From the NCBI GenBank assembly GCA_014360465.1, contig JACIXQ010000004.1:1-57234 (forward strand): a stretch of DNA of 57,234 nucleotides, written 5' to 3'. This DNA is from a bacterium (GTDB lineage: Bacteria > Armatimonadota > JACIXR01). Shown piece by piece: positions 38,340 through 48,089 of the stretch. The translations under genes and the position numbers were made by a program. How positions within the stretch are numbered: the stretch's first letter is position 1; every line of letters begins with the position of its first letter. Below the pieces are notes generated by a model. That model had not been told where the DNA came from, did no database searches, and saw only the letters and a program-made list of their open reading frames with translations.

Positions 38340-38688
38340 AAAAACTTTTGAGGAAACAGGTAACGAGGAGGGTAGTGTAAATATAGTTTTGGCTGATGAT
38401 GCACTTCTCAAAGAACTGAATGCGCGCTATCGGGGCATTGATGCCCCGACAGATGTGCTTTCATTTTATTATGGCGAAAAGGACCTCCTCGGTGAGATAA
38501 TAATCTCGCTTGATACCTGTAAAAGTCAAGCAGAGGAAAAGGGACACAGCTTTGAGAGAGAGTTGGCATTCCTCGTGGCTCACGGTCTGCTCCACCTTCT
38601 GGGTTGGGACGATGAGGAAGAAGAAGGTTGGAAAGCTATGATTGATTTGCAGGAGAAAATAATAAATAAGATAGAGGGATTGCAATGA
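38272..38688 (+). CDS. ybeY: rRNA maturation RNase YbeY
   Basis: LNARYRG.D.PTDVLSF, HGLLHLLGWD. Confidence 0.93.
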   Translation: MPIRIISLHKMPVKKKLLREIVKKTFEETGNEEGSVNIVLADDALLKELNARYRGIDAPTDVLSFYYGEKDLLGEIIISLDTCKSQAEEKGHSFERELAFLVAHGLLHLLGWDDEEEEGWKAMIDLQEKIINKIEGLQ

Positions 38689-39371
38689 GGAGGAGAAAGA
38701 GTCTCAAAAATTCTTTTAAAAACGCTTATAAAGGGCTTATGCAGGCTGTTTTTAAACAAAGCCATATGTTCTATCTCACTTTGATCGTGATTTTCCTCAT
38801 AATTCTTTTCCTCCATCTTCGCATAACATATATTGAATGGTTGATTCTCTTCGTTGCTCTCAGTCTCCCTATAATTGCCGAGCTGTTCAACACGGCTTTT
38901 GAGATAATAGTTGACCATCTTTCCCCTTATTACAATCCCTCCGTCAAATTGGCTAAAGACATATCCGCTGGAGCGGTCCTCACTGCCTTGACTGTATGTG
39001 CTCTGGTTAGCGGTGTCATTTTGCTCCATCGCTTGACCCGCCCTGCCCCCCACCTTACACCGATGGAAGATTACTTGGTCAAGCTCGTAAGCGGCTTGTT
39101 CCTCCTTTTCGCCGCCCTCGGTGTTTCAAAGGCATCCTTCCTAAAGGGAGGGGTTAGCGATGGATTGATAGATGGCAAAACAGCCTTCATCTCATTCCTC
39201 GTTGTCTCTCTCCTATTCTTAACCAATAATCTCCCCATCCTACTTTTCATCTTTTTCGTTGGGATAATCTTCACCCTTTTAGAGCTTGGGCACCCCAATC
39301 GCTTATTAAAGGCCTCAATCGGTGCCCTTTTAGGAGTATTGATTTCTCTCTTTCTCTTCCTCGTGGTATAA
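38685..39371 (+). CDS. dgkA: Diacylglycerol/undecaprenol kinase with C-terminal membrane extension
   Basis: SFKNAYKG, ELFNTAFE, AKDISAGAV; follows ybeY. Confidence 0.85.
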   Translation: MRRRKSLKNSFKNAYKGLMQAVFKQSHMFYLTLIVIFLIILFLHLRITYIEWLILFVALSLPIIAELFNTAFEIIVDHLSPYYNPSVKLAKDISAGAVLTALTVCALVSGVILLHRLTRPAPHLTPMEDYLVKLVSGLFLLFAALGVSKASFLKGGVSDGLIDGKTAFISFLVVSLLFLTNNLPILLFIFFVGIIFTLLELGHPNRLLKASIGALLGVLISLFLFLVV

Positions 39372-39384
39372 TATAATTCAGGCT

Positions 39385-40077
39385 ATGATACAACTTCACA
39401 ATGTATCCTTCACCTATCCGAATGGCACGGAAGCGCTACGAAATATAAATTTGCGCATAGAGAAAGGAGAATTCGTTTTCTTGGTAGGTCCCACAGGCAC
39501 GGGTAAATCTACCCTGCTTAAATTGCTCTATTGCGCAGAATACCCTACAGAGGGTAGAGTGATAGTTGCTGGGAGGGATGTTTCTCGTCTATCACCGAAA
39601 GAGGTTCCCCTTTTGCGCCGCAGACTTGGTATCATCTTCCAGGATTTCCGCCTCATACCTACAAGGACAGTATGGGAAAACATCGCCTTTGCCCTCAAGG
39701 CTATAGGAATGGGAAGAAAGGAAATATGCCGTAAGTTACCCGAGGTTCTGGAAATAGTTGGCTTGTCCGATAAAGCCCATGCCTACCCTGCCCAGCTTTC
39801 TGGAGGCGAACAACAACGAGTTGCCATAGCAAGGGCGATTGTCAATAACCCTATAATTCTCCTCGCTGACGAGCCAACCGGCAATCTCGACCCTGAAACT
39901 TCCCTTGAGATAGTAGACTTATTAGCGAGGATAAATCTTATGGGTACCACCGTCTTAACTGCCACTCACGATAAATATATCGTGGATAAAATGAGGAAGA
40001 GAGTGGTGACACTCCAGAATGGGAGAATTGTTAGCGATAGAGAAAGGGGAACCTATGAGCATTATGCGTCTGAGTAG
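39385..40077 (+). CDS. ftsE: Cell division ATP-binding protein FtsE
   Basis: [38 protein letters not shown]. Confidence 0.93.
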   Translation: MIQLHNVSFTYPNGTEALRNINLRIEKGEFVFLVGPTGTGKSTLLKLLYCAEYPTEGRVIVAGRDVSRLSPKEVPLLRRRLGIIFQDFRLIPTRTVWENIAFALKAIGMGRKEICRKLPEVLEIVGLSDKAHAYPAQLSGGEQQRVAIARAIVNNPIILLADEPTGNLDPETSLEIVDLLARINLMGTTVLTATHDKYIVDKMRKRVVTLQNGRIVSDRERGTYEHYASE

Positions 40078-40954
40078 CCTGGAGTTCCTAATAGAAGAAG
40101 CCTTCAAAAATCTCACTCGCAATGTAGTGATAAGCTTCGCATCAATCACTACCGTCACACTTACCCTTCTGGTCGTAGGAGTGGTTGGGTTGGCAATGGT
40201 TAACATAGAATATTCCTCTCAGCATTTGCCAGGCAAACTTGAAGTCGCTGTTTTCCTAAAAAGGAATGTACCCCTCCAAGAAGCTATCGGTCTTGCCAAT
40301 AAGGTGAAAAGTTGGGAGGGGGTTAAGGAGGTGAAAGTGGTAAGCAAAGAAGAGGCGTGGCAAGACCTCAAGAAGGAGCTCAAGCGGGAGGTTGATTTAT
40401 CAGACATTCCCAATCCCTTACCTCACGCTTTAAGGATAAAAACCGTTGCCCCTCAATACATAATCTCGGTAGCCGAGACATTGAGAAAAGAACAGATAGT
40501 GGATGAGGTTCGCGAGGGAAGAGAGGTGGCAGAAAAGTTGCAATCACTAAATAACCTTATAAAATGGACTGGAATAAGTCTTGGACTCTTTTTGCTTTTA
40601 GCTTCTTCGCTTATAATTGGTAATGCTGTGCGATTGGCAATTTATGCTCGCCGAGAAGAGATAAGGATAATGCAGTTAGTCGGAGCGACAAATTTCTTCA
40701 TTATGGGTCCATTTGTCTTGGAAGGCACCGCCTACAGTATATTCGGCGGACTATTAGCTTTTCTGATACTCCTATTAGCCTATATTTACATTTATAATCA
40801 TTTTCCCCTTTCCTTCTTTCTTTTGCTACCTTATCAGGATGTTGCCCTCCCCTTATTTGCGGCTATATTCCTCTTAGCTCTCCTCATTGGCGTTGTAAGC
40901 AGTTTTCTTTCCACCCGTTATTTTCTCTATAAGAGAGGCGAAGAATTTGAATAA
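40055..40954 (+). CDS. ftsX: Cell division permease FtsX
   Basis: NPLP, RREEIRIMQLVGAT..FI.GPF.LEG. Confidence 0.92.
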   Translation: MSIMRLSSLEFLIEEAFKNLTRNVVISFASITTVTLTLLVVGVVGLAMVNIEYSSQHLPGKLEVAVFLKRNVPLQEAIGLANKVKSWEGVKEVKVVSKEEAWQDLKKELKREVDLSDIPNPLPHALRIKTVAPQYIISVAETLRKEQIVDEVREGREVAEKLQSLNNLIKWTGISLGLFLLLASSLIIGNAVRLAIYARREEIRIMQLVGATNFFIMGPFVLEGTAYSIFGGLLAFLILLLAYIYIYNHFPLSFFLLLPYQDVALPLFAAIFLLALLIGVVSSFLSTRYFLYKRGEEFE

Positions 40955-42074
40955 GAAAATTCTTGCCCTATCTCTCTTATCCCTTTTCCTGCTACCTGCA
41001 GAAGCAGGAACTATTGATTTGTTAAAACAGAAACTCGCCGAGATAAATAAGAAGATATTCCATATTAGGTCCAATCTCAGTAAGACGAAAAAACAGGAGA
41101 AATATGCATATCAAAAATTGATTGAGACGAGTAGGAAGCTAAACAGAACAGAGAAACTTATAAAAGAAAACCAAATTAAAATAAAAAATTTGGAAAACAA
41201 TATAAACCTTCTCTCCAAAGATATAGCGGAAAAGCAAATGAAATTGCGTAAACACCAGCAAAAATTGGAGAACAGATTATGTGAGTTCTACAAACAAGGA
41301 GGAAGAGGTGGGTTCCTTGCCGTTTTCCTCGGTGTGAGCGACACATTCTCCATCCTCTCCCGCTCATATTATATGAAGAAGGTGCTTGAGGAGGATAAAG
41401 CCTTGTTTGATGAAATAAAGAGAGAAAAAGCTCTGCTTGAACAGCAAAAGGCTTTGCTCGAAAAAGAAAGGCAGAAAGCTCTCCTCCTAAAAAGACAACA
41501 AGAGGCAAACAAAATGATGCTTCAGCAGGAGAAAGGAAAGCGAACAGCCCTACTAAAAGAAATAGAGAGCAAGCGTATAGAATACGAGCGAGCACTTGAG
41601 GAATTGGAAAGGAACTCCCGTGAGATAGAACAGATGCTTCTCAATTTGGAAAAGACACCCGAGGGGCAAAAAAGATTAGCTCATCCCTGGAAAGGAGGGT
41701 TTATCTATCCTGTCAGAGGGCAGATTACCTCAGGATTTGGAATGAGAACCCATCCAATATACAAAATTAGAAAAATGCATACAGGAATAGACCTCTCAGC
41801 TCCTTCAGGGACTCCAATAAAAGCTTCTGCGGGAGGGGTGGTTGTCTTCGCTGGCTGGTGGGGTGGCTATGGTAATGTGGTAATAATAGACCACGGGGGT
41901 GGAATTTCCACCTTATACGGTCATTGCTCGGCAATTTATGTTAATAAAGGACAAAATGTTAACCAAGGCGAGACAATCGCAGCGGTCGGCTCGACAGGTC
42001 TGGCCACCGGACCGCATCTTCACTTCGAAGTGAGGAAAAACGGTAAACCAGTCGACCCAATGAACTATCTATGA
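40947..42074 (+). CDS. Coiled-coil + M23 peptidase (EnvC-like)
   Basis: Signal peptide, long coiled coil, HTGID, GPHLHFEVR. Confidence 0.9.
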   Translation: MNKKILALSLLSLFLLPAEAGTIDLLKQKLAEINKKIFHIRSNLSKTKKQEKYAYQKLIETSRKLNRTEKLIKENQIKIKNLENNINLLSKDIAEKQMKLRKHQQKLENRLCEFYKQGGRGGFLAVFLGVSDTFSILSRSYYMKKVLEEDKALFDEIKREKALLEQQKALLEKERQKALLLKRQQEANKMMLQQEKGKRTALLKEIESKRIEYERALEELERNSREIEQMLLNLEKTPEGQKRLAHPWKGGFIYPVRGQITSGFGMRTHPIYKIRKMHTGIDLSAPSGTPIKASAGGVVVFAGWWGGYGNVVIIDHGGGISTLYGHCSAIYVNKGQNVNQGETIAAVGSTGLATGPHLHFEVRKNGKPVDPMNYL

Positions 42075-42093
42075 AAAAAAGAGGTGAGATAAT

Positions 42094-43575
42094 ATGAATA
42101 GAAAGCTTACCTACGCTCTAATAGTAACATTTTTGCTCCTTCTGATGTTTTCCTCATTCCTAATGGGCTTCATCGTTCGGGGAGCACTCACTGGTTCTCC
42201 CATCAGGTTGGCGCAGGAGCCTTCAGCGGATTTGGGCATAAGCCTCCAACCTGTTGAGACGATATGGCGGGTTTTGCGACTCATCAAGGAGAATTATGTT
42301 GAGAAGATAACCGATGACACCCCCTTGGTATATGGTGCTATCCGAGGAATGCTTGGGTCACTTAATGACCCCTATAGTCGGTTCCTTGACCCAAAGCAGA
42401 ATAAGATGTTGCAGGAGGAGAGCTCCGGCGAGTTCTACGGCATTGGTGCCCAACTCGGGCTCAAAAGAATAGAAGTGAATGGCAAATGGGAAGATAGAGT
42501 GGCGATAATTGCTCCTCTGCCGGGAAGCCCCGCGGAAAGAGCGGGCTTGAAAGCGGGGGATTATATAGTTGCGGTTGACGATAAGGATGTCAAAGGGCTC
42601 TCGGTAGACGAGGTAGCTTCTAAGATAAGGGGAAAGAAAGGAACCTCCGTGAAAATCACTGTGGAGAGAAGAGGAGTAAAAGGAACACTAACATTCACTA
42701 TTCAAAGAGAGCTGATAAGGGTTGAACCCGTGGAAAGCAAACTTTTGCCAGGAGGCATCGGTTACATAAAACTGCAGTCTTTCAGCGAGAACGCCGGAGA
42801 GGTGTTGAAGGAAACCGTTGAAAAGCTGGAAAAACAGGGTGCGAGAGGGCTTATAGTTGATGTGCGAAACAATCCCGGCGGACTGTTTGACGAGGCTGTG
42901 AAGACAGCCAGCGTGTTCGTTCAGGAAAGTCCGATAGTGATAATCCAGGAAAGAGGAGGCAAGAGAACTCCCATTGACCCCGATAGAAAATTGGGGACAA
43001 ATGAGAACATCCCCCTCGTCGTTCTGATAAACGAAGGTAGCGCGAGCGCCTCGGAAATATTCGCAGGAGCGATAAAGGACCACGAAAGAGGCAAATTAGT
43101 AGGAAGAAGGACATTCGGTAAAGGATTGGTCCAGACGGTCATACCACTGGGAGACGGTTCAGCTATAGCCCTGACAACGGCTAAGTATCTAACCCCAAGC
43201 GGTAAGGACATCAACAAGGAAGGGATTCAACCCGATATAACATTTGGACCTGACGAAAGTAAATACGAATTCATCTGGAATGGAGCAATACTGCGCTGGG
43301 AGAATAAACATCTCCGCATTCTATATCTCTCCTCTGATTCACCCCTCGCGAAAGCAGGCTTTCAGGAGAACGATTTGATCGTCCAGATAGATGACAAGGT
43401 CGTGAGCGTGAATTCCCTCGTCAATATAACAAACCTCCTTTTCGACGATACCCGTACTACTGCAACTCTAAAGGTCTCCCGAAATGGCAAGGTTTTGAGT
43501 AAATCCGTTTCAAAACAGGATATAGATATCCAGTTAGAGAAGGCAACAGAGGTGGTTAAAAAACTCATCAAATGA
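42094..43575 (+). CDS. ctpA: S41 carboxyl-terminal protease with extra PDZ-like domain
   Basis: DVRNNPGG, SASASEI, TFGKG.VQ, GIQPD. Confidence 0.9.
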   Translation: MNRKLTYALIVTFLLLLMFSSFLMGFIVRGALTGSPIRLAQEPSADLGISLQPVETIWRVLRLIKENYVEKITDDTPLVYGAIRGMLGSLNDPYSRFLDPKQNKMLQEESSGEFYGIGAQLGLKRIEVNGKWEDRVAIIAPLPGSPAERAGLKAGDYIVAVDDKDVKGLSVDEVASKIRGKKGTSVKITVERRGVKGTLTFTIQRELIRVEPVESKLLPGGIGYIKLQSFSENAGEVLKETVEKLEKQGARGLIVDVRNNPGGLFDEAVKTASVFVQESPIVIIQERGGKRTPIDPDRKLGTNENIPLVVLINEGSASASEIFAGAIKDHERGKLVGRRTFGKGLVQTVIPLGDGSAIALTTAKYLTPSGKDINKEGIQPDITFGPDESKYEFIWNGAILRWENKHLRILYLSSDSPLAKAGFQENDLIVQIDDKVVSVNSLVNITNLLFDDTRTTATLKVSRNGKVLSKSVSKQDIDIQLEKATEVVKKLIK

Positions 43576-44519
43576 GTAAACGACGGAGGAGAAGAGCTTC
43601 CCCACTGACCTCCTTACTCAGAGGGAGCATCTTTTTTCTCATCCTTCTTGGTTTTGGGCTTTTCATCTTTATAACCCAGAAAGCAGGGGACTCCTCTTCC
43701 ATTTTCCCTGCCTTCCGACAACCTCTGGGAAACACGAGACGCCCTTCTCCTCCCCGTCCATCTCCCCATACCACTCCGGTAAATACGCCACCCTCGCTAA
43801 ACTTCCCCCAAATAAATGAACCTTCTGAAAATGAGGTTCCTTTACGAGCTCAGCATCGTAAATATAAATACAGAATTGCAATTGTCATAGATGATGTGGG
43901 CTACGATTTGCCCCTGCTTGAGGAGTTTCTCAAGCTGAACATACCCCTCACATTCTCCATCCTTCCAAATCTCAACAATTCCTCCGTTTCTGCACAGCTG
44001 GCAAGGCGATACGGTAGAACAATTATCCTCCATATGCCGATGCAGGCTGAGATGAATCTCCCTATGGACGAAAATTTCATAACGGTTGACCTAACAAGTC
44101 CCGAAGTATCAAGCAGGATAGAAAGGGCACTTCAAAGTGTTCCCGGTGTTGTGGGAATGTCCAATCATATGGGGTCGCTTGCTACCCAAAACGAGAAGAT
44201 TATGGATGCTGTGATGTCAACCCTTGCTAAACATAACCTCTTTTTTCTTGATAGCCTCACCACGCCTCACTCGGTTGGGCAAAAGTGCGCACGCAACTGG
44301 GGAGTTCCTTATTTGAAAAGGGATGTGTTCCTTGATAACGAGGATGACCCAGAATATATTCTGGGACAGCTCAAGGAACTTGTCTCTATCGCCTTGAGAA
44401 AAGGAAAGGCTATCGGGATAGGGCATTTGAAGGCAAAAACACTTGAAGCCCTCAAGCTTGCCCTTCCCTACTTTGAGGAGAAGAATGTGAAAGTTGTTCC
44501 ATTGAATGAATTGTTATGA
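43572..44519 (+). CDS. Divergent polysaccharide deacetylase (YibQ-like)
   Basis: IAIVIDDVG, LHMPM, SNHMGS, FLDSLT, DVFLDN, AIGIGH. Confidence 0.9.
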   Translation: MSKRRRRRASPLTSLLRGSIFFLILLGFGLFIFITQKAGDSSSIFPAFRQPLGNTRRPSPPRPSPHTTPVNTPPSLNFPQINEPSENEVPLRAQHRKYKYRIAIVIDDVGYDLPLLEEFLKLNIPLTFSILPNLNNSSVSAQLARRYGRTIILHMPMQAEMNLPMDENFITVDLTSPEVSSRIERALQSVPGVVGMSNHMGSLATQNEKIMDAVMSTLAKHNLFFLDSLTTPHSVGQKCARNWGVPYLKRDVFLDNEDDPEYILGQLKELVSIALRKGKAIGIGHLKAKTLEALKLALPYFEEKNVKVVPLNELL

Positions 44520-44554
44520 TAAAATTGTGAAGAAAGAAAAGAAGGTGTTGACAT

Positions 44555-45106
44555 ATGGCAGAACTTACAAAGGAAGAGAAGGAGCAACTCCTATGGATTG
44601 CGAGAAAATCTATAGAAACATATCTCTCAACGGGTAGGATTCCCGATTTTTCCGTGGAATCACCCGCTCTGAAAGAGAAAAGGGGAGCCTTCGTAACCCT
44701 TAAAAAGAACGGTATGCTGAGAGGTTGCATTGGGCTGATTTATCCTTTAAAACCTTTGTACCAGGCTGTGGCGGAAATGGCTATTGCAGCTGCAGTTGAT
44801 GACCCTCGTTTTCCTCCTTTATCCCTTGATGAACTCCCCTATGTGGAAATTGAAATCTCCGTTCTTTCCCCTTTGGAAAGGGTGAAGGATATCGAAGAAA
44901 TAGAGGTTGGTAAACACGGGCTTTATATTAGAAAGGGACCTTTCAGCGGTCTTTTGCTCCCGCAAGTAGCAACCGAATACAATTGGGATAGGGAAACCTT
45001 CCTTCAGCATACTTGTTTGAAGGCAGGACTTCCGACATACGCCTGGCAGGAGGATGACACCGAGATATACAAGTTCACTGCTGAGGTTTTCAGCGAGGAA
45101 AAATGA
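44555..45106 (+). CDS. amrA: AmmeMemoRadiSam system protein A
   Basis: GAFVTL, LRGCIG, DPRF, EISVLS, GLLLPQVA. Confidence 0.92.
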   Translation: MAELTKEEKEQLLWIARKSIETYLSTGRIPDFSVESPALKEKRGAFVTLKKNGMLRGCIGLIYPLKPLYQAVAEMAIAAAVDDPRFPPLSLDELPYVEIEISVLSPLERVKDIEEIEVGKHGLYIRKGPFSGLLLPQVATEYNWDRETFLQHTCLKAGLPTYAWQEDDTEIYKFTAEVFSEEK

Positions 45107-45528
45107 AGAGAGTCCTATTCATCTGCCTTCATAATTCGGCTCGCTCCCAAATGGCGGAAGCCATTTTGAATCATATGTATCCCCAGCATTATATAGCTTA
45201 CAGCGCTGGAGTTGAGCCAGCCAAGGAGGTAAATCCCTATGTCGTGTGTGCCCTCCGAGAAATCGGTCTTGATATCTCCCAGAATCGCCCCAAAAGCCTT
45301 GAGGTTTTCGCTGGTTGGGAATTCGACTATGTGGTTACCGTGTGCGAAGAAGGAGAAACACGCTGTCCATTTTTCCCCGGCGGTAAGCATTACCTACACA
45401 AGAGCTTCCCTGACCCTTCTATCCTTACCGGCTCGGATGAAGAGATAATGCAAAAGGTGCGAAACATCAGAGATGAGATAAGACAGTGGATATTAAACAC
45501 TTTTTCTCCGAATGGGGATGGTGATTGA
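45103..45528 (+). CDS. arsC: Arsenate reductase (LMW-PTP fold)
   Basis: CLHNSARSQMAE, VVTVC...CP, FPDPS. Confidence 0.85.
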   Translation: MKRVLFICLHNSARSQMAEAILNHMYPQHYIAYSAGVEPAKEVNPYVVCALREIGLDISQNRPKSLEVFAGWEFDYVVTVCEEGETRCPFFPGGKHYLHKSFPDPSILTGSDEEIMQKVRNIRDEIRQWILNTFSPNGDGD

Positions 45529-45537
45529 AATATCCCT

Positions 45538-47946
45538 ATGCGCTCATATACCTTCCCAAGGATAAATACCCCCCTTCCCCAGGAAGGATGGGTGGCTATC
45601 ATCCTCGCAGGTGGGAAAGGCACAAGGATGAAAAGCGAGAAGAACAAGGTTTGCCATACTGTAGGCGGTATCCCAGTCATCAACAGGACCATAGCCACGC
45701 TCAAAAATTGCGGTTTTCCCCATATCCTTGTAGTTGCCGGGCATAGGTATTGGGAACTCATAGAGACTGTCGAGGAGGAGTTTCCCGATGTGAATTTCGT
45801 CCTGCAGGAGGAGGCGAAAGGAACCGGTGACGCTGTAAGATGCGCCTGTAAATTGCTTCAGGATGTCGGCTTTAATGGTAACCTATTGATAATCGCAGGC
45901 GATAAGATTGTTGATGCCAAAAACTTGCTATATATGAAAGAAGCTTTCCAAAGGGGTAATTATGACCTACTACTCGCATCTTCCTGGAGGGAAGGCAGAA
46001 GCTTCGGCAGGATAATCAGAGATGAAAATGGGCAGATCAAAGCGATAATTGAAAGCAAAGGGCGGGAAAATGATTTCCCTCCTTATGGGGAGACAAATCA
46101 ATCTATCTACCTCGTTAAAGCATTACCGCTCTATGAGGTCATCTATGACTTAAGTCCAGACCCCTACAGCGCTGAAGAGCATTTCACCGATATAGTGGAG
46201 ATGTTCTACCAAAGGGGTAAAAGGATGGAAACTTTCAATGTGGACGAGGAGAAGATTATGACATTCAACACAATTGAAGAACTTGGTTTGATAGAGGAAA
46301 AGGTTGGTAAGGTTCATTTTCTTACAGAGAAAAAGAACTTGCTTGGAGAAAGCAATTTTAAGCCTGTAAGTCAATGGTTAAATCTTTTTGATAGTGGCGA
46401 AAGTGGACTTCTAAAAGCCCTAAAGGATATATATGGTGATGAAAAGCTCGTCCGAAAAAGGATGGACAATTTCAGACACCTTTTAAAAAGTTTTGGCGAA
46501 AGGCTCGGCTACGATAAGGAAGTCTTTCTTGTCAGGGCTCCTGGCAAGCTTAATATCCTCGGACGCCACATAGACCACAGGGGTGGAAGGGTAAACAGTA
46601 TTGCCATTGACAAGGAAATACTTATGGTCGTATCCCCTCGGAAGGATGACAGCATAGAGCTCTATAATCTGGAGGATAGATTTCCCTACCGCTCTTTCAG
46701 CATAGGCAAGGAATTGGAGAAATTCAATTGGAGCCATTGGGAGGATATCTACCCAAATGAGGAGAGAGATGATAGGAAAAATATGAAGGGTGATTGGGTT
46801 CTTTATGCCAAAGCATCTGCCCTGAGACTGCAAGAACGCTTCAGGGATAGAAAATTCAAAGGATTAACAGCCTTTATCTGGGGAGATATTCCCCAGGGTT
46901 CCGGACTAAGCTCCTCCTCCGCCCTTGTTGTAGCTTTCTCCGAAGCCCTCTGCCTGATAAATGGTCTTGACATTTCCCCTGAGGAGTTCATCCATCTATG
47001 TGGGGAGGGCGAATGGTTCGTGGGCACGAGAGGCGGTATGGGTGACCACGCCGGGATAAAGATGGGAAAGCTTTTCTCCATCAATCAGTTTAGCTTCCAT
47101 CCGTTTTCCCATATAGGTAGTGCACCCTTTCCTAAAGGATACGCAATCCTGTTCGCTTATTCCTATGAGGAGGCTCATAAAGCGGGAAAGGCCGAAGGAA
47201 CATTTAACCAAAGGGTTGCTTGCTATGAAATCGGAACACGCTTGCTTAGGAAACTTCTCCCCAAGCTGGAGCATCTACGCGACATCCTTCCCGAGGAAAG
47301 TGGATTGGATGAGGTAAAAATCTATCAGCTTATCAAGAGCCTTCCCATAAAAATGAATAAAAAAGAGGTGCTCGACAGTTTGAAAGAAGATGGTGAATGG
47401 ATTTTGACACAATACAAGTGTAAACACGAAGAATACCCCGTGAGAGGAGTTTGTCTTTTTGGCATAGCCGAATGTGCGAGAAGCAAAAGGTGTCTACAGT
47501 TAATAGCAGAGGGAGACATAGATTCGCTTGCCGAGCTGATAAACATCTCACATAACGGGGACAGGGTCTCGGTTTGGGAAAAAGATGGTCTGATGGTCAG
47601 CTATAGCAACGATGTTTCCGATAAATATCTTGATTATCTCATAGAAAATCTCGAAAAACATCCTGAAAAGAAGGAATTCACCTTGCCCTATCAGACTGGC
47701 GACTATGCCTGTAGCACTTACAACATAGACTTTATGGTGGATTTGGTCAAAAAAATCGAAGGAGTGCTGGGAGCCCAAATTCTTGGCGCCGGATTAGGGG
47801 GGTCAATAATGATATTAGCCAGGGAAGACGCGGTGGAGAAAGTCCAGAAAACCCTTGAGAAACTCTATTATCAACCAAGAAATCTTGAGCCCCGAATGGG
47901 CGTTTGTTTGCCGATTGAAGGGGCAGGACATATAAACTTACCCTGA
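45538..47946 (+). CDS. GlmU-like nucleotidyltransferase fused to galactokinase-family (GHMP) kinase
   Basis: ILAGGKGTRMKS, Q.E.KGTGDA; APGKLNILGRHIDHRGG, GSGLSSSSA, GAGLGGS. Confidence 0.85.
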   Translation: MRSYTFPRINTPLPQEGWVAIILAGGKGTRMKSEKNKVCHTVGGIPVINRTIATLKNCGFPHILVVAGHRYWELIETVEEEFPDVNFVLQEEAKGTGDAVRCACKLLQDVGFNGNLLIIAGDKIVDAKNLLYMKEAFQRGNYDLLLASSWREGRSFGRIIRDENGQIKAIIESKGRENDFPPYGETNQSIYLVKALPLYEVIYDLSPDPYSAEEHFTDIVEMFYQRGKRMETFNVDEEKIMTFNTIEELGLIEEKVGKVHFLTEKKNLLGESNFKPVSQWLNLFDSGESGLLKALKDIYGDEKLVRKRMDNFRHLLKSFGERLGYDKEVFLVRAPGKLNILGRHIDHRGGRVNSIAIDKEILMVVSPRKDDSIELYNLEDRFPYRSFSIGKELEKFNWSHWEDIYPNEERDDRKNMKGDWVLYAKASALRLQERFRDRKFKGLTAFIWGDIPQGSGLSSSSALVVAFSEALCLINGLDISPEEFIHLCGEGEWFVGTRGGMGDHAGIKMGKLFSINQFSFHPFSHIGSAPFPKGYAILFAYSYEEAHKAGKAEGTFNQRVACYEIGTRLLRKLLPKLEHLRDILPEESGLDEVKIYQLIKSLPIKMNKKEVLDSLKEDGEWILTQYKCKHEEYPVRGVCLFGIAECARSKRCLQLIAEGDIDSLAELINISHNGDRVSVWEKDGLMVSYSNDVSDKYLDYLIENLEKHPEKKEFTLPYQTGDYACSTYNIDFMVDLVKKIEGVLGAQILGAGLGGSIMILAREDAVEKVQKTLEKLYYQPRNLEPRMGVCLPIEGAGHINLP

Positions 47947-48089
47947 ATGCCCCAATTAATAGGCTCGCGTCTTTTCTCAAAAATAAATTGCTTTTAAAGC
48001 TCGTTTGTTTTATTCGCTTTCCTAAATCCCAATCCATTTGGGAGCATCATTTCTCCAATTTGCTGGATGAATTATAATTATTATTAGAG

